IMG/VR virus record: IMGVR_UViG_3300017917_001112
Coordinates: 32,001 to 96,000 of that record
Length of the DNA: 64,000 nt
Source: a virus
Reading direction: 5' to 3' (one strand)
The position numbers were made by a program, and so were the translations under genes. Below are positions 32,184 through 42,528 of the stretch, piece by piece. Under the pieces are notes generated by a model. That model saw nothing but the letters and a program-made list of their open reading frames with translations, was not told the DNA's origin and ran no database searches. How positions within the stretch are numbered: the first letter of the stretch is position 1; the number at the start of each line of letters is the position of its first letter.

Positions 32184-35100
32184 ATGGCCAAAAAAGTCCT
32201 AACTGAACAGTATTATACATTTACCCCTGCAACTCGCATAGTAATAATTCCTAAAGCGATTCAGAGAGAAAATCTTGTTCTTATTACAAACGTAACACAA
32301 AATAAAGTTATCTACAACTTTAGTGATCCAAACTTAACAGCTACTTCTTATACTGTTAACAATGGTGTAACAACAATTACGTTAAATTATAACACAACAA
32401 CGATGTCTTCATCAGACTCGTTACAATTCGTTTATGACGATAGTGTTCAAGAAATTATTCCTGCAGAAACATATCAAGATCCTGTGCAGAAAATGCGCAT
32501 GTCAACACCACAGTCGTTGATTGATACTGACTTTGAATACGGAACACAACCAACCAAATGGGAAAATATTTCTCTATTGAATGGACGTCCTTCGTTCTAT
32601 GTTGATTTGCAATCACCAATTGCTATTTCAGATATTCAAGCAACAAATGGTTCTAAAAATATTATTGTATATGCTAATTATAACTCTGGAACTGGTAACG
32701 CAACAACAAGTACAACTTCTACAATTGTTACTGGAGCAGGAACCAATTTCTTATCTACAATTTTTCCAGGATATGCGCTTTATAACTCTTCTGATACATT
32801 AATTGGTATTGTTTCAACAGTTGAAACAGATACTTCTTTAACATTGCAATCGAACGCAGCAGTCAATCAAGTTACTTCAGCTTTCCGTTTTGCTCCGCAA
32901 AGAATTCCTGATGTTGGTTCTCCTATTCAGATTCAAGAGTCATTATTTACTGCAGCCAATGGTGGTTATCTAATTGAGTTAACAACTCCAGTAATCGCAT
33001 CTTCACGTTGGGAAATTCGTTATCGTGCCTCTGCTAACTTCCCAGGAACAACAGGATCTATTTTTAACACAGGTATTACAACAACATATGCTGGTTCTTT
33101 CTATACTAATTCACAAATCGCAATTAGTAGCGCAGCAGCATTCTCTGCTACTGCAGCTGGATCGCCAGCTAATGACATTGTTGTCGTTATCACAACAACA
33201 CGTGACCATGGTTTGACACTTGGTAATCTTGTTTATCTAACAGGTGCTGCAACAATTTCAACTGGAACAAATCCAGGAGGTACCTCTTACACAGTTATGG
33301 CTGTATACAGCCCACGTAAGTTTGGTGTGTTGATGGCAGCTGGATCAAACGTGCCAACTATTACTGCTGTTGGTACATTAAGTTGTTATGTTCGTAATGA
33401 GTCAACATTTGCTCATAGACCATTCGATGGTGGTGTTCGTTTCTCAACCAACACACAAAGTCATAACTATCAAGCGTTGCGTCAAACAAGACGTTACTTC
33501 CGCTATCAATCTGGTAAAGGTATTCAATTCTCAACAGGTTCTGTTCTCCGTCCAAATTTCACATTAGATACTATTTCTTCTGTTGGTAATATTGCGACAG
33601 CAACATCAAAAGAGCCACACAATTTACAACCAGGAATCTCTATCAATATTTCTGGAGCAACAGAGCCAGGACTGTCAACAAGTGCTTATAATGGCAACTT
33701 TACTGTTTTAGACGTTAATAATGAATTTGATTTTACATATCAAATGGCAAGCACACCATCAGTAACAACTGCTTTTGGTTTCCCAATCGTTGGCGCAACT
33801 GGTTGGTATGGTGCTGGTATTCGTGTTGGTATGTTTGATCAAAACAACGGATTTTATTTTGAATATGATGGTCAAAATTTAACAGCAGTTAGAAGAAACT
33901 CAACAACTCAGTTGTCTGGTTTAGTATCAGTGACTAATGGATCAGATGAAGTAAACTCAGTAACTTCTTTAGGAACTGGCAAACAAACTAAATTTTTAAA
34001 ACAATTGGCTCCAGGTGATTGGATATCAATCAAAGGAATGTCTTATCGTGTTATGGAAGTCATTAATGATTTAAGAATACGTATAAATCCAGAATATCGT
34101 GGTGCTACAATTTCTGGTGGTGTTGTTAACAAAATTAATGAAGTTCGTATTCCGCAATCTCAATGGAACATTGATCGTTGTGATGGTTATGGACCATCTG
34201 GTTTTACACTAGATTTAAACAAAATGCAGATGATTTATTGCGACTACGCTTGGTATGGTGCTGGCGCAATTCGTTTTGGTTTTAAAGATCAAGAAGGTAG
34301 AATTATCTATTGTCACAGAATTGTAAACTCTAACGTAAATGCTGAAGCATACATGCGTTCTGGTAACTTGCCAGCTCGCTACGAAACACATACATTCGCA
34401 CCGTATACTTACATCACTCAAACATTTACTTCTGGAGCATCAACATTGACTGTTAATAGCACAGAAGGATTTCCAAATTCTGGTGTATTGTTAATTGCAG
34501 ATCCAGGAAGAACATCAGCAGATGCTGCTTTAACAGGTGGTTCTCCAGGTGGTGCTGATTATTACGAATATGTTCAATATAGTAGTAAAACAGCAACAAC
34601 ATTTACAGTAACACAACGTGGTGCTGGTCTTGGTATGAATGGCGCAACTATCGCTGGTTATCGTTCTGATTATTTTAATACTGGTGGTGGAACTGTTGCA
34701 ACTGTTAACGGAAGTAACACTGTTACAACTTCAAAAGGATTTGCGCAAAACTCAATCGGTAATGCGTTAAACATGGCTCCGATTGGAGCGTTCGTAACTG
34801 GTACAAACATTCCAGAAAACACATACATTACTGGTTTTAATTCTTCAGCCTCAACTATTGAATTGAGCCAAGCATGTACTGGTACTGGTAATATTACCAA
34901 TTTTAACGTATACGCAGCATCTTCAAACGCAAACGGAACAAACAACTCTGGTACTACACATACATATGATACTGATGGTCCAGTTATTCCAGTATTTCTA
35001 CATACTAATCAATTTGCTCCAACTGCAAATCACTGGGGTACATCTGTTATTATGGACGGTCGTTACGATGACGATAAATCTCTGGTGTTTACTGCTGGTA

Positions 35101-35861
35101 ACCCTTCATATGTTACGAACTACACATCAACAATCAACGCAGTATTAAGTTTGCGTGTTGCGCCATCAGTCGATAATGGTGCTTCTGGTGTTCTTGGATT
35201 AAAAGAAATTGTTAATCGCATGCAGTTGACACTACGTTCTATTGGTGTTACATCGAATGGTGCGTTTTTCGTTCGTATTATTTTAAATCCAAGATTTATT
35301 ACAAATGCACCAACATTCCAAAACGTAGGTGGTTCTTCATTATCACAAGTCGTTTACCATCCAAATGGAACACAAATTACTGGTGGTGAAACAATTTTTG
35401 CGTTCTATACTGACCAAGGTGGTGGTGGATTAAACTACACAGTTACAACTGCTGAACTTGATAAAGTTCGCGATCTTGGAAACTCAGTTCTTGGTGGTGG
35501 TTTGACAAACACATTAACATTGAACTCAAACGTGAATATCTATCCAGATGGTCCAGATATTCTTACAATTTGTTGTTCTAACGTACTACAACCAATTACT
35601 GTTTCACCAACAACAACAACTTCTGGTTCTCCAATTGTAGTTATTAATGATGTAACTGGTTTTGAGCAAGGTTGGGTTGTTTCGTCATCTACAGGTGGTA
35701 CTGCTACTGGTGGTATTGTCAAAACCATTACTGCTAGATCTGGTGGTGGCTATGATGTGGCGTTTTCTAAAAATGCTACCTCTGGTACGAATGGTACTGT
35801 TGTTCTATCCCCTCCAGGAAATCTTGCTGCTCGTATTTCATGGACAGAAGCACAGGCATAA
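32184..35861 (+). CDS. Putative tail fibre/virion structural protein, paralogue B (1225 aa)
   Basis: Shares PQSLIDTDFEYG.QPTKWE, RQTRRYFRYQSGKG.Q, EAYMRSGNLPARYET, HWGTSV.MDGR.DDDKS and terminal WTEAQA with 28059..31136. Confidence 0.7.
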   Translation: MAKKVLTEQYYTFTPATRIVIIPKAIQRENLVLITNVTQNKVIYNFSDPNLTATSYTVNNGVTTITLNYNTTTMSSSDSLQFVYDDSVQEIIPAETYQDPVQKMRMSTPQSLIDTDFEYGTQPTKWENISLLNGRPSFYVDLQSPIAISDIQATNGSKNIIVYANYNSGTGNATTSTTSTIVTGAGTNFLSTIFPGYALYNSSDTLIGIVSTVETDTSLTLQSNAAVNQVTSAFRFAPQRIPDVGSPIQIQESLFTAANGGYLIELTTPVIASSRWEIRYRASANFPGTTGSIFNTGITTTYAGSFYTNSQIAISSAAAFSATAAGSPANDIVVVITTTRDHGLTLGNLVYLTGAATISTGTNPGGTSYTVMAVYSPRKFGVLMAAGSNVPTITAVGTLSCYVRNESTFAHRPFDGGVRFSTNTQSHNYQALRQTRRYFRYQSGKGIQFSTGSVLRPNFTLDTISSVGNIATATSKEPHNLQPGISINISGATEPGLSTSAYNGNFTVLDVNNEFDFTYQMASTPSVTTAFGFPIVGATGWYGAGIRVGMFDQNNGFYFEYDGQNLTAVRRNSTTQLSGLVSVTNGSDEVNSVTSLGTGKQTKFLKQLAPGDWISIKGMSYRVMEVINDLRIRINPEYRGATISGGVVNKINEVRIPQSQWNIDRCDGYGPSGFTLDLNKMQMIYCDYAWYGAGAIRFGFKDQEGRIIYCHRIVNSNVNAEAYMRSGNLPARYETHTFAPYTYITQTFTSGASTLTVNSTEGFPNSGVLLIADPGRTSADAALTGGSPGGADYYEYVQYSSKTATTFTVTQRGAGLGMNGATIAGYRSDYFNTGGGTVATVNGSNTVTTSKGFAQNSIGNALNMAPIGAFVTGTNIPENTYITGFNSSASTIELSQACTGTGNITNFNVYAASSNANGTNNSGTTHTYDTDGPVIPVFLHTNQFAPTANHWGTSVIMDGRYDDDKSLVFTAGNPSYVTNYTSTINAVLSLRVAPSVDNGASGVLGLKEIVNRMQLTLRSIGVTSNGAFFVRIILNPRFITNAPTFQNVGGSSLSQVVYHPNGTQITGGETIFAFYTDQGGGGLNYTVTTAELDKVRDLGNSVLGGGLTNTLTLNSNVNIYPDGPDILTICCSNVLQPITVSPTTTTSGSPIVVINDVTGFEQGWVVSSSTGGTATGGIVKTITARSGGGYDVAFSKNATSGTNGTVVLSPPGNLAARISWTEAQA

Positions 35862-35864
35862 ACT

Positions 35865-36617
35865 ATGGCTGCTCCAACAACAAGAGATACATTTACAGAC
35901 TACTGTCTGAGAAAACTTGGTCATCCAGTTGTCGAAATTAACGTAGACGATGACCAAGTTTCCGATCGTATTGATGAAGCATTGCAATTTTATCAAGAGT
36001 TTCACTACGATGGTGTTGAAAGAATATATCTAAAACATCAAGTTACTTCCTCAGACATAAGCAATGGTTACATACCACTTACAGATTTAATTATTGGTGT
36101 TCGAAATATTTTTCCTTTTTCTGGAACAACAACCAGTGGTACAGCCGATGGATTGTTTAATCTTCAATATCAGTTGCGCCTAAATGACTTATATGATTTA
36201 ACAAACACATCTTTAGTTTACTATAATACTGTTCGTGATTATATTGCAATGTTAGATTTGTTATTAAATGGAGCAAAACCATTACGCTTTAATAAACACC
36301 AAAATCGTTTATACATTGATATGAAGTGGGCTGATGAAGATATTGAAGGTAAATGGATTATCGTTGACTGTTATCGTGCTATGGATCCAGCTACATGGGC
36401 TGATGTTTGGAATGACATGTGGTTAAAAAGATATGCTACTGCTTTAATCAAAAAACAATGGGCAACCAACATTAAGAAGTTCTCAGGTCTTCAACTTCCA
36501 GGTGGTGTTACTTTAGATGGCGACAAACTATACGAAGAAGCAAGCTCTGAGATAGAAGAATTAGAAAAACAAGCACAAGATACATTCTCTCTGCCACCAG
36601 ATTTTATGATGGGTTAA
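35865..36617 (+). CDS. gp13: Neck protein gp13
   Basis: DYCLRKLGHPVVEINVDDDQ..DRIDEALQ and KKFSG.QLPGGVTL.G motifs. Confidence 0.95.
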   Translation: MAAPTTRDTFTDYCLRKLGHPVVEINVDDDQVSDRIDEALQFYQEFHYDGVERIYLKHQVTSSDISNGYIPLTDLIIGVRNIFPFSGTTTSGTADGLFNLQYQLRLNDLYDLTNTSLVYYNTVRDYIAMLDLLLNGAKPLRFNKHQNRLYIDMKWADEDIEGKWIIVDCYRAMDPATWADVWNDMWLKRYATALIKKQWATNIKKFSGLQLPGGVTLDGDKLYEEASSEIEELEKQAQDTFSLPPDFMMG

Positions 36618-36618
36618 G

Positions 36619-37344
36619 ATGCCAAAAAATGTTTACTTTACACAGGGAACAAAAAGCGAACAGTATCTTTTAGAAGACTTGATTGTTGAGTCGCTAAAGA
36701 TATATGGACAAGATGTTTATTATATTCCCAGAACACTGGTCAATAAAGATCCAGTGTTAGGAGAAGATGTTCTATCTAAATTTGAAGCAGCATATGACAT
36801 CGAGATGTATTTCGAAGATGTCGATGACTTTCAAGGACAGGGCACATTTTTACAAAAGTTTGGTATTGAAATTGAAAAATCAGCTACTCTTGTTGTTGCT
36901 CGTAGACGTTGGGAGCAGCTAATTGGTCGTCATGGTGTAACAAGAATACCTTCTCGTCCAGCAGAAGGCGATCTAATTTATTTCCCCCTAACAAAGAAAC
37001 TTTTTGAAGTTCGTTTCGTTGAACATGAGGATCCATTTTATCAAATCGGTAAATTGTATGTGTTCAAATTAAGAATTGAAACATTCCAGTATGCTAGTGA
37101 GCGTATTGATACAGGAATCGCTGAGATTGATACTGTTGAGGACACATACTCTTACGATCAAGATATGATTCGTGCAGAAGATGGTGAATTTATTGAAGGT
37201 GAACAAACTGATGAAGAATATGCACTTGAAACTGAATCTGATCCAACTAAAGATGTCGGCGATAATTCAAGATATGACACTGAGGGAACTGGTCTTGTTG
37301 ACTTCGATGAATCAAATCCATTTGGTGAGGTAAAGAATGCTTAA
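36619..37344 (+). CDS. gp14: Neck protein gp14
   Basis: EQYLLEDLIVES.KIYG.DVYYIPR, RP.EGDLIYFP, FVEHEDPFYQ.GK and DF.ESNPFG. Confidence 0.95.
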   Translation: MPKNVYFTQGTKSEQYLLEDLIVESLKIYGQDVYYIPRTLVNKDPVLGEDVLSKFEAAYDIEMYFEDVDDFQGQGTFLQKFGIEIEKSATLVVARRRWEQLIGRHGVTRIPSRPAEGDLIYFPLTKKLFEVRFVEHEDPFYQIGKLYVFKLRIETFQYASERIDTGIAEIDTVEDTYSYDQDMIRAEDGEFIEGEQTDEEYALETESDPTKDVGDNSRYDTEGTGLVDFDESNPFGEVKNA

Positions 37345-38116
37345 TCATAGTCATTTCTATCATGCGACAGTAAGAAATAGCATTATCGTTTTTGGTAAAC
37401 TGTTTAACAGTGTGTTTATCAAAAGAGACAATGCAGATGGTACACCCAATCAGTTAGTAAAAGTGCCAATCACATATGGTCCAAAAGAGAAATGGCTGGT
37501 TCGTTCTGAGAATGATCCAGACTTAGATAGACCAGTAGAAATTGTTCTCCCAAGGATGACATTCGAAATTACAGATTTTCAATACGATGCTTCTAGGAAA
37601 GTCAATTCTCTAAATCAACTTATCATTGAAGATGAAATAAATGGTGAAAAGCGTAGATCTCAGTATGTTCCTGTCCCATACAATCTTGGAATTACCATGT
37701 ATATAATTTCCAAGACACAAGAAGATGCCTTACAAATTGTAGAACAGATACTACCATTTTTTACACCACATTATAATCTCACAGTAAATTTAAATACTCA
37801 AATGGGATATAAGTTTGATGTTCCTACAGTTTTAAATGGTATTAATCTTCAAGATGATTATGATGGTCCATTTGAACAAAGACGTGTTGTTATTTACACG
37901 CTAACATTTACGATGAAGACTCAAATGTTTGGACCAGTAACTGAATCTGAAGTTATTAGAACTGTTCAAACAAATATTAAAGAAACTAAAAAAGATGAAC
38001 TTGGTAATGAAGTTGTAGCAAGACGTAGAGAATATACAGCATCTGTAGATCCAATAACAACTTCAATCAGCACAACCCCAATACCTGTTGATGAAGAATG
38101 GAATTTTGATTTTTAA
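37337..38116 (+). CDS. gp15: Tail sheath stabiliser/completion protein gp15
   Basis: HFYH..VR..I..FG.LFN, KVPI.YGPKEKW, LPRM.FE, DALQIVEQILPFF.P. Confidence 0.95.
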   Translation: MLNHSHFYHATVRNSIIVFGKLFNSVFIKRDNADGTPNQLVKVPITYGPKEKWLVRSENDPDLDRPVEIVLPRMTFEITDFQYDASRKVNSLNQLIIEDEINGEKRRSQYVPVPYNLGITMYIISKTQEDALQIVEQILPFFTPHYNLTVNLNTQMGYKFDVPTVLNGINLQDDYDGPFEQRRVVIYTLTFTMKTQMFGPVTESEVIRTVQTNIKETKKDELGNEVVARRREYTASVDPITTSISTTPIPVDEEWNFDF

Positions 38117-39705
38117 TGACAACAAAAAATTATAACTCCAATGCTAACTTAAAGGCAATTGGAGTTGAAATACCTTTTACTCAAGAGGACATTAAAGAAT
38201 ATATTAAATGTTCTCAGGATCCAGTGTATTTTGTAGATAACTACTGTTATATTGTTACATTAGATCATGGCATTCAGCAGTTTAAATTATATGATTGTCA
38301 AAAAGAAAAAATTCAAACTATACATGAAAATCGTAAAGTAATTATTATGGAGGGTAGACAGCAAGGAAAAACAACAACTGCTGCTGCATACATTCTCTGG
38401 TACACAATATTTCAGGCAAACAAACAAGTTGCCATTTTAGCAAACAAAGCATCCACATCACGCGAAATCTTATCACGTTATCAATTGATGTACGAGAACT
38501 TGCCATTATGGATGCAACAGGGTGTGAAGACATGGAACAAAGGTGATATTGAACTTGAGAATGGATCAAAAGTTTTTACTGCTGCAACCACAGCATCTGG
38601 TATTCGTTCCAAATCAGTAAACTTTTTGTATATTGACGAAGCATCTATTATTCCCAACAATATTGCTGATGCGTTTTTTACTTCCGTTTATCCAACAATT
38701 TCTGCTGGTACAACTACAAAAATTTTAATTACATCAACTCCACTTGGTTATAATCATTTCTGGAAATTTTGGAATGATGCAGAAAATGATAGAAATGACT
38801 TCGTTCCATTGTTTATTCCTTATTGGAAAATTCCTGGACGTGATGAGAAGTGGGCTGAAGAGCAACGCAGACAACTTGGTGATCTTAAATATAATCAAGA
38901 GGTTCTGTGTAAGTTCCTCGGTTCTGCATTAACATTGATTGATGCAAACACAATATCGCAACTTTCTGCTGATAAAGTCATTCACAGTAAAGATGGGTTA
39001 GATTTAACTTCTTATCCACAAAAGGGTCATCAGTATATTATTGTTGCTGACGTAGCAAAAGGTGTTGGTGGCGATTACTCTGCATTTACAATTATTGATA
39101 TGACGGATGTGCCATATCGTATGGTCGGTAAATATAGAAGCAACAAGATAAATCCAGTGTTGTATCCTAATATTATACATAAAGTTGCAAAAGATTATAA
39201 TGATGCTTATGTGCTGGTGGAAATAAACATAAGCGAACAAGTAGCCTATATTTTGCATGATGAATTGATGTATGAAAATATAATTTTTGTTAACAGAACC
39301 ACAAACGGACAAGTTGTTTCTGGTGGTTTCGGTGGTGGTAAAGTTCAGTTTGGCGTAAACACAGACAAGCGTGTTAAGCGTGTTGGATGTCATAATTTTA
39401 AAGCCATGCTTGAAGAGAAAAAACTAATTGTAAATGATGTAGATACGATCTCTGAAATTTCGACTTTTATTGAAACAAGAGGTTCTTATGCTGCAGATGA
39501 AGGTTACCATGACGACTTAGTTATGCCATTAGTACTTTTTGGTTGGTTGACAACAAACTCATATTTCAAAGACTTGAGTCTAAAAGACATTAACCTAAGA
39601 AAAGCCATGTATGAAAAACAAATGCTTGCCATCGAAGAGGAATTAACTCCCTTTGGATTCATTGATGATGGCATTCAGATTGAAAACGACCACCAAAACT
39701 TCTGA
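38116..39705 (+). CDS. gp17: Terminase large subunit gp17
   Basis: Walker A GRQQGKTT, Walker B LYIDE, ITSTP.G.NHF coupling motif, nuclease DVAKGVGGDYSAF and HDDLVM. Confidence 0.97.
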   Translation: MTTKNYNSNANLKAIGVEIPFTQEDIKEYIKCSQDPVYFVDNYCYIVTLDHGIQQFKLYDCQKEKIQTIHENRKVIIMEGRQQGKTTTAAAYILWYTIFQANKQVAILANKASTSREILSRYQLMYENLPLWMQQGVKTWNKGDIELENGSKVFTAATTASGIRSKSVNFLYIDEASIIPNNIADAFFTSVYPTISAGTTTKILITSTPLGYNHFWKFWNDAENDRNDFVPLFIPYWKIPGRDEKWAEEQRRQLGDLKYNQEVLCKFLGSALTLIDANTISQLSADKVIHSKDGLDLTSYPQKGHQYIIVADVAKGVGGDYSAFTIIDMTDVPYRMVGKYRSNKINPVLYPNIIHKVAKDYNDAYVLVEINISEQVAYILHDELMYENIIFVNRTTNGQVVSGGFGGGKVQFGVNTDKRVKRVGCHNFKAMLEEKKLIVNDVDTISEISTFIETRGSYAADEGYHDDLVMPLVLFGWLTTNSYFKDLSLKDINLRKAMYEKQMLAIEEELTPFGFIDDGIQIENDHQNF

Positions 39706-39717
39706 AATCATCGAAAT

Positions 39718-39725
39718 ACTAAATA
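39718..39725 (+). promoter_or_regulatory. Putative late promoter variant ACTAAATA before gp18
   Basis: The same variant recurs at 28016, 41868 and 44892, each upstream of a late gene. Confidence 0.6.
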
Positions 39726-39787
39726 AAAAAGATGAAACAAAGGGTTGTTACAACAACGACAAATAATCGTATCAAGGAGACATAGCC

Positions 39788-41866
39788 ATGCCATTTCAAG
39801 TTTCTCCAGGAGTAGCAGTTGTAGAGAAAGATCTTTCTCTTGTTATTCCTCAAATCGCTGCTTCTGTTGGAGCCACAGCTGGATTTTTCCGCTGGGGTCC
39901 AGTTGAACAGCCAATTACAATCGCAAGCGAAGCAGAACTAGCAACTACATTCGGTAAACCAGTCGGTGTAAACGACTTTATCGCTCGTTCGTTTTTTACA
40001 GCTGCGAACTTCCTGTCATATTCAAATAATATGGTCGTTGTTCGTGCTGTTCCAACAACAGCTGGTACTTCTGATTCTAAAAGTGCACAATCTGAAGACG
40101 TTACAGCGATCGTAATTAAAAGCGCACAAGACTACGTAGATAACTACGCATCTGCATCTTCACCAAACTCAACTTGGGTTGCTAAGTATCCAGGATCTCT
40201 TGGAAATACACTAAGAGTTTCTGTTGCTGATGCTGATTCATTCCGTACAGTTGCTACTGGTACTATTGCTGCTACTCAGAACTCAACAACATTGTCAATC
40301 ACTGGTGGTGCTATTGCTACACAAGCGACTGTTGGTTCTATTGCTAAATTCTACAGTGGTGCTGCTGGTACTGGAACATTACTTGGTTCAGTAGCAATTA
40401 CTGCTATTGCCAGCGCAACATCAGCTACATTAGCATCAAATCCAGGAATCACTTCTGGTATTACATCGATCGTATTTGAGTGGGAATATGCTGATCAGTT
40501 CGTTGCTGCTCCAGGTACATCTTCTTACGCTACTGCGCAAGGTTATGCTGCTGCTAAAGATGAAATGCACATTATTGTTATTGATCGTCTTGGTCAATTT
40601 ACAGGTGTTGCTGGTACAGTTCTTGAAAAATTCGAGAACGTATCTAAAGCATCTGATGCAGTCCTTTCAGATGGATCAAACAACTATTACAAAACAGTAA
40701 TTAATCGTAGTTCTGATTATATTTGGAACTTGCGTGACATTGACGATATCGTTTCAGTAACATATCAAAATACATCAAGCGCAACTGCTTTTGCTGCTTC
40801 AATTGCAACTGGTGGTATGTCAACAAATACTGTGTTTATTACATTAAAGCGTCCATATACTGCTAATATGGGATACAACGTAACAGAAGCGACTGGTGCT
40901 GTTGCTATTATGACTAATGGTAAAGGTACTGATGGTTACACAACTTCTTCTAAAGCACATGATGCAGCAATTAAATCTGGTTTACAATTCGCTTTTGATA
41001 AATTCAACAATACTGAAGAGATTGATGTTGGTTTAATCGCTGTAGGCGAGGTTGAATCAGTTGTTGCTAAGTATGTTATCGCAATTGCTGAAACTCGTAA
41101 AGATTGTTTGGTATTCGTTTCTGCTGCTAAAGATGATGGTTCAACATTAACACCAGTAACAAAGACAAGTGACTTTACTTCTCTAGTTTCTTACAGAACT
41201 GCAGCAAGTAACTCTGTTAACACATCAACATCATATGCTTCGATGGACTCTGGTTACAAATATCAGTATGACAAATACAACGACAAGTATATCTATGTTC
41301 CATTAAATGGTGATATTGCTGGTCTGTGTGCAAGAACAGACTATACAGCTGACCCATGGTATTCTCCAGGTGGTTACAGTCGTGGCGTAATTAAAAACGT
41401 AGTTAAGTTGGCATACAATCCAACTCAAACAGAACGTGATACACTTTATAAAAATGGTATTAACCCAGTTGTTACATTCCCAGGACAAGGTACTGTGTTG
41501 TTCGGCGATAAGACAATGTTGACTAAGCCAAGCGCATTCGATCGCATTAACGTGCGTCGTCTGTTTATCATCCTTGAGAAATCAATCTCAACAGCTGCTA
41601 AATTCCAGTTGTTTGAATTCAACGATGGCTTCACTCGCGCACAGTTCCGTAACTTGGTAGAACCATACCTACGTGATGTGCAAGGTCGTCGTGGTATTTT
41701 TGATTTCCGTGTAGTTTGCGATGAAACAAACAATACTGCGCAAATTATCGACACTAATCAATTTGTGGCTGATATTTTTGTTAAACCTGCTCGCTCTATC
41801 AACTTCATTACTCTCAACTTTGTTGCTGCTAGAACAAATGTGAACTTTGAAGAGATTGGTGCTTAA
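39788..41866 (+). CDS. gp18: Tail sheath protein gp18
   Basis: MPFQVSPGV...E.DL, F.WGP, SAFDRINVRRLF, KPARSINFI.LNF. Confidence 0.98.
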   Translation: MPFQVSPGVAVVEKDLSLVIPQIAASVGATAGFFRWGPVEQPITIASEAELATTFGKPVGVNDFIARSFFTAANFLSYSNNMVVVRAVPTTAGTSDSKSAQSEDVTAIVIKSAQDYVDNYASASSPNSTWVAKYPGSLGNTLRVSVADADSFRTVATGTIAATQNSTTLSITGGAIATQATVGSIAKFYSGAAGTGTLLGSVAITAIASATSATLASNPGITSGITSIVFEWEYADQFVAAPGTSSYATAQGYAAAKDEMHIIVIDRLGQFTGVAGTVLEKFENVSKASDAVLSDGSNNYYKTVINRSSDYIWNLRDIDDIVSVTYQNTSSATAFAASIATGGMSTNTVFITLKRPYTANMGYNVTEATGAVAIMTNGKGTDGYTTSSKAHDAAIKSGLQFAFDKFNNTEEIDVGLIAVGEVESVVAKYVIAIAETRKDCLVFVSAAKDDGSTLTPVTKTSDFTSLVSYRTAASNSVNTSTSYASMDSGYKYQYDKYNDKYIYVPLNGDIAGLCARTDYTADPWYSPGGYSRGVIKNVVKLAYNPTQTERDTLYKNGINPVVTFPGQGTVLFGDKTMLTKPSAFDRINVRRLFIILEKSISTAAKFQLFEFNDGFTRAQFRNLVEPYLRDVQGRRGIFDFRVVCDETNNTAQIIDTNQFVADIFVKPARSINFITLNFVAARTNVNFEEIGA

Positions 41867-41867
41867 T

Positions 41868-41875
41868 ACTAAATA
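41868..41875 (+). promoter_or_regulatory. Putative late promoter variant ACTAAATA before gp19
   Basis: Intergenic between gp18 and gp19, followed by an AGGAG RBS. Confidence 0.6.
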
Positions 41876-41899
41876 AAGAAAAAGACAGGAGAAATAACA

Positions 41900-42502
41900 A
41901 TGGCAAATATCGACTCATTTAAAGCCAATATGATTGGTGGTGGTGCTCGTGCCAACCAGTTCTACGTAAGTTTGACATTCCCGTCATTCGTATCGGCTGG
42001 TACACTAGCATCAGCAAAGGGTCAATTCGTTTGTAAAGGTGCTCAATTACCAGCATCAACAATCGATAACACACCAGTGAATTATCGTGGTCGTCAAGTA
42101 AATTTTGCTGGCGAGCGCACATTCGCACCTTGGACTGTTACTGTTCTAAACGACAATGACTTCTTGATTCGCAATGCGATGGAAGCATGGATGAATGGAA
42201 TTAACAACAATGTGTCTAACACTGGTTTGGTCAACCCAGCGCAATATCAAGTTGACATGGAAGTGTTCCAACTTGACCGTAATGGTAATCCAATTAAAGC
42301 GTACAAATTCGTTGATGCTTATCCAACCGAAGTAGGTGCGATTGAATTGAATTTCGATACGAACAATCAGATTGAAGAATTTACAGTAACATTCCAGTAC
42401 AACTACTGGACATCTACTTCTTCAACATCAGCTGGTTCGTTAATTTCTGGTGGCGTTAATGTTAATATAGGTGGGTTCCAGCTTCCAGGTATTTCGATTT
42501 AA
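41900..42502 (+). CDS. gp19: Tail tube protein gp19
   Basis: GGGARANQF, GR...FAGERTF.PWT.TV.ND.DF.IR..E.W, IEEF.VTFQY. Confidence 0.97.
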   Translation: MANIDSFKANMIGGGARANQFYVSLTFPSFVSAGTLASAKGQFVCKGAQLPASTIDNTPVNYRGRQVNFAGERTFAPWTVTVLNDNDFLIRNAMEAWMNGINNNVSNTGLVNPAQYQVDMEVFQLDRNGNPIKAYKFVDAYPTEVGAIELNFDTNNQIEEFTVTFQYNYWTSTSSTSAGSLISGGVNVNIGGFQLPGISI

Positions 42503-42528
42503 TTTTTTAATGTTTCCGTGGAGATAGT

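Noticed and set aside
28059-35861. Possible diversity-generating retroelement or invertible fibre cassette
   Set aside because: No reverse transcriptase or invertase, no adenine-specific TR/VR pair and no flanking inverted repeats seen; the similarity is ordinary paralogy.
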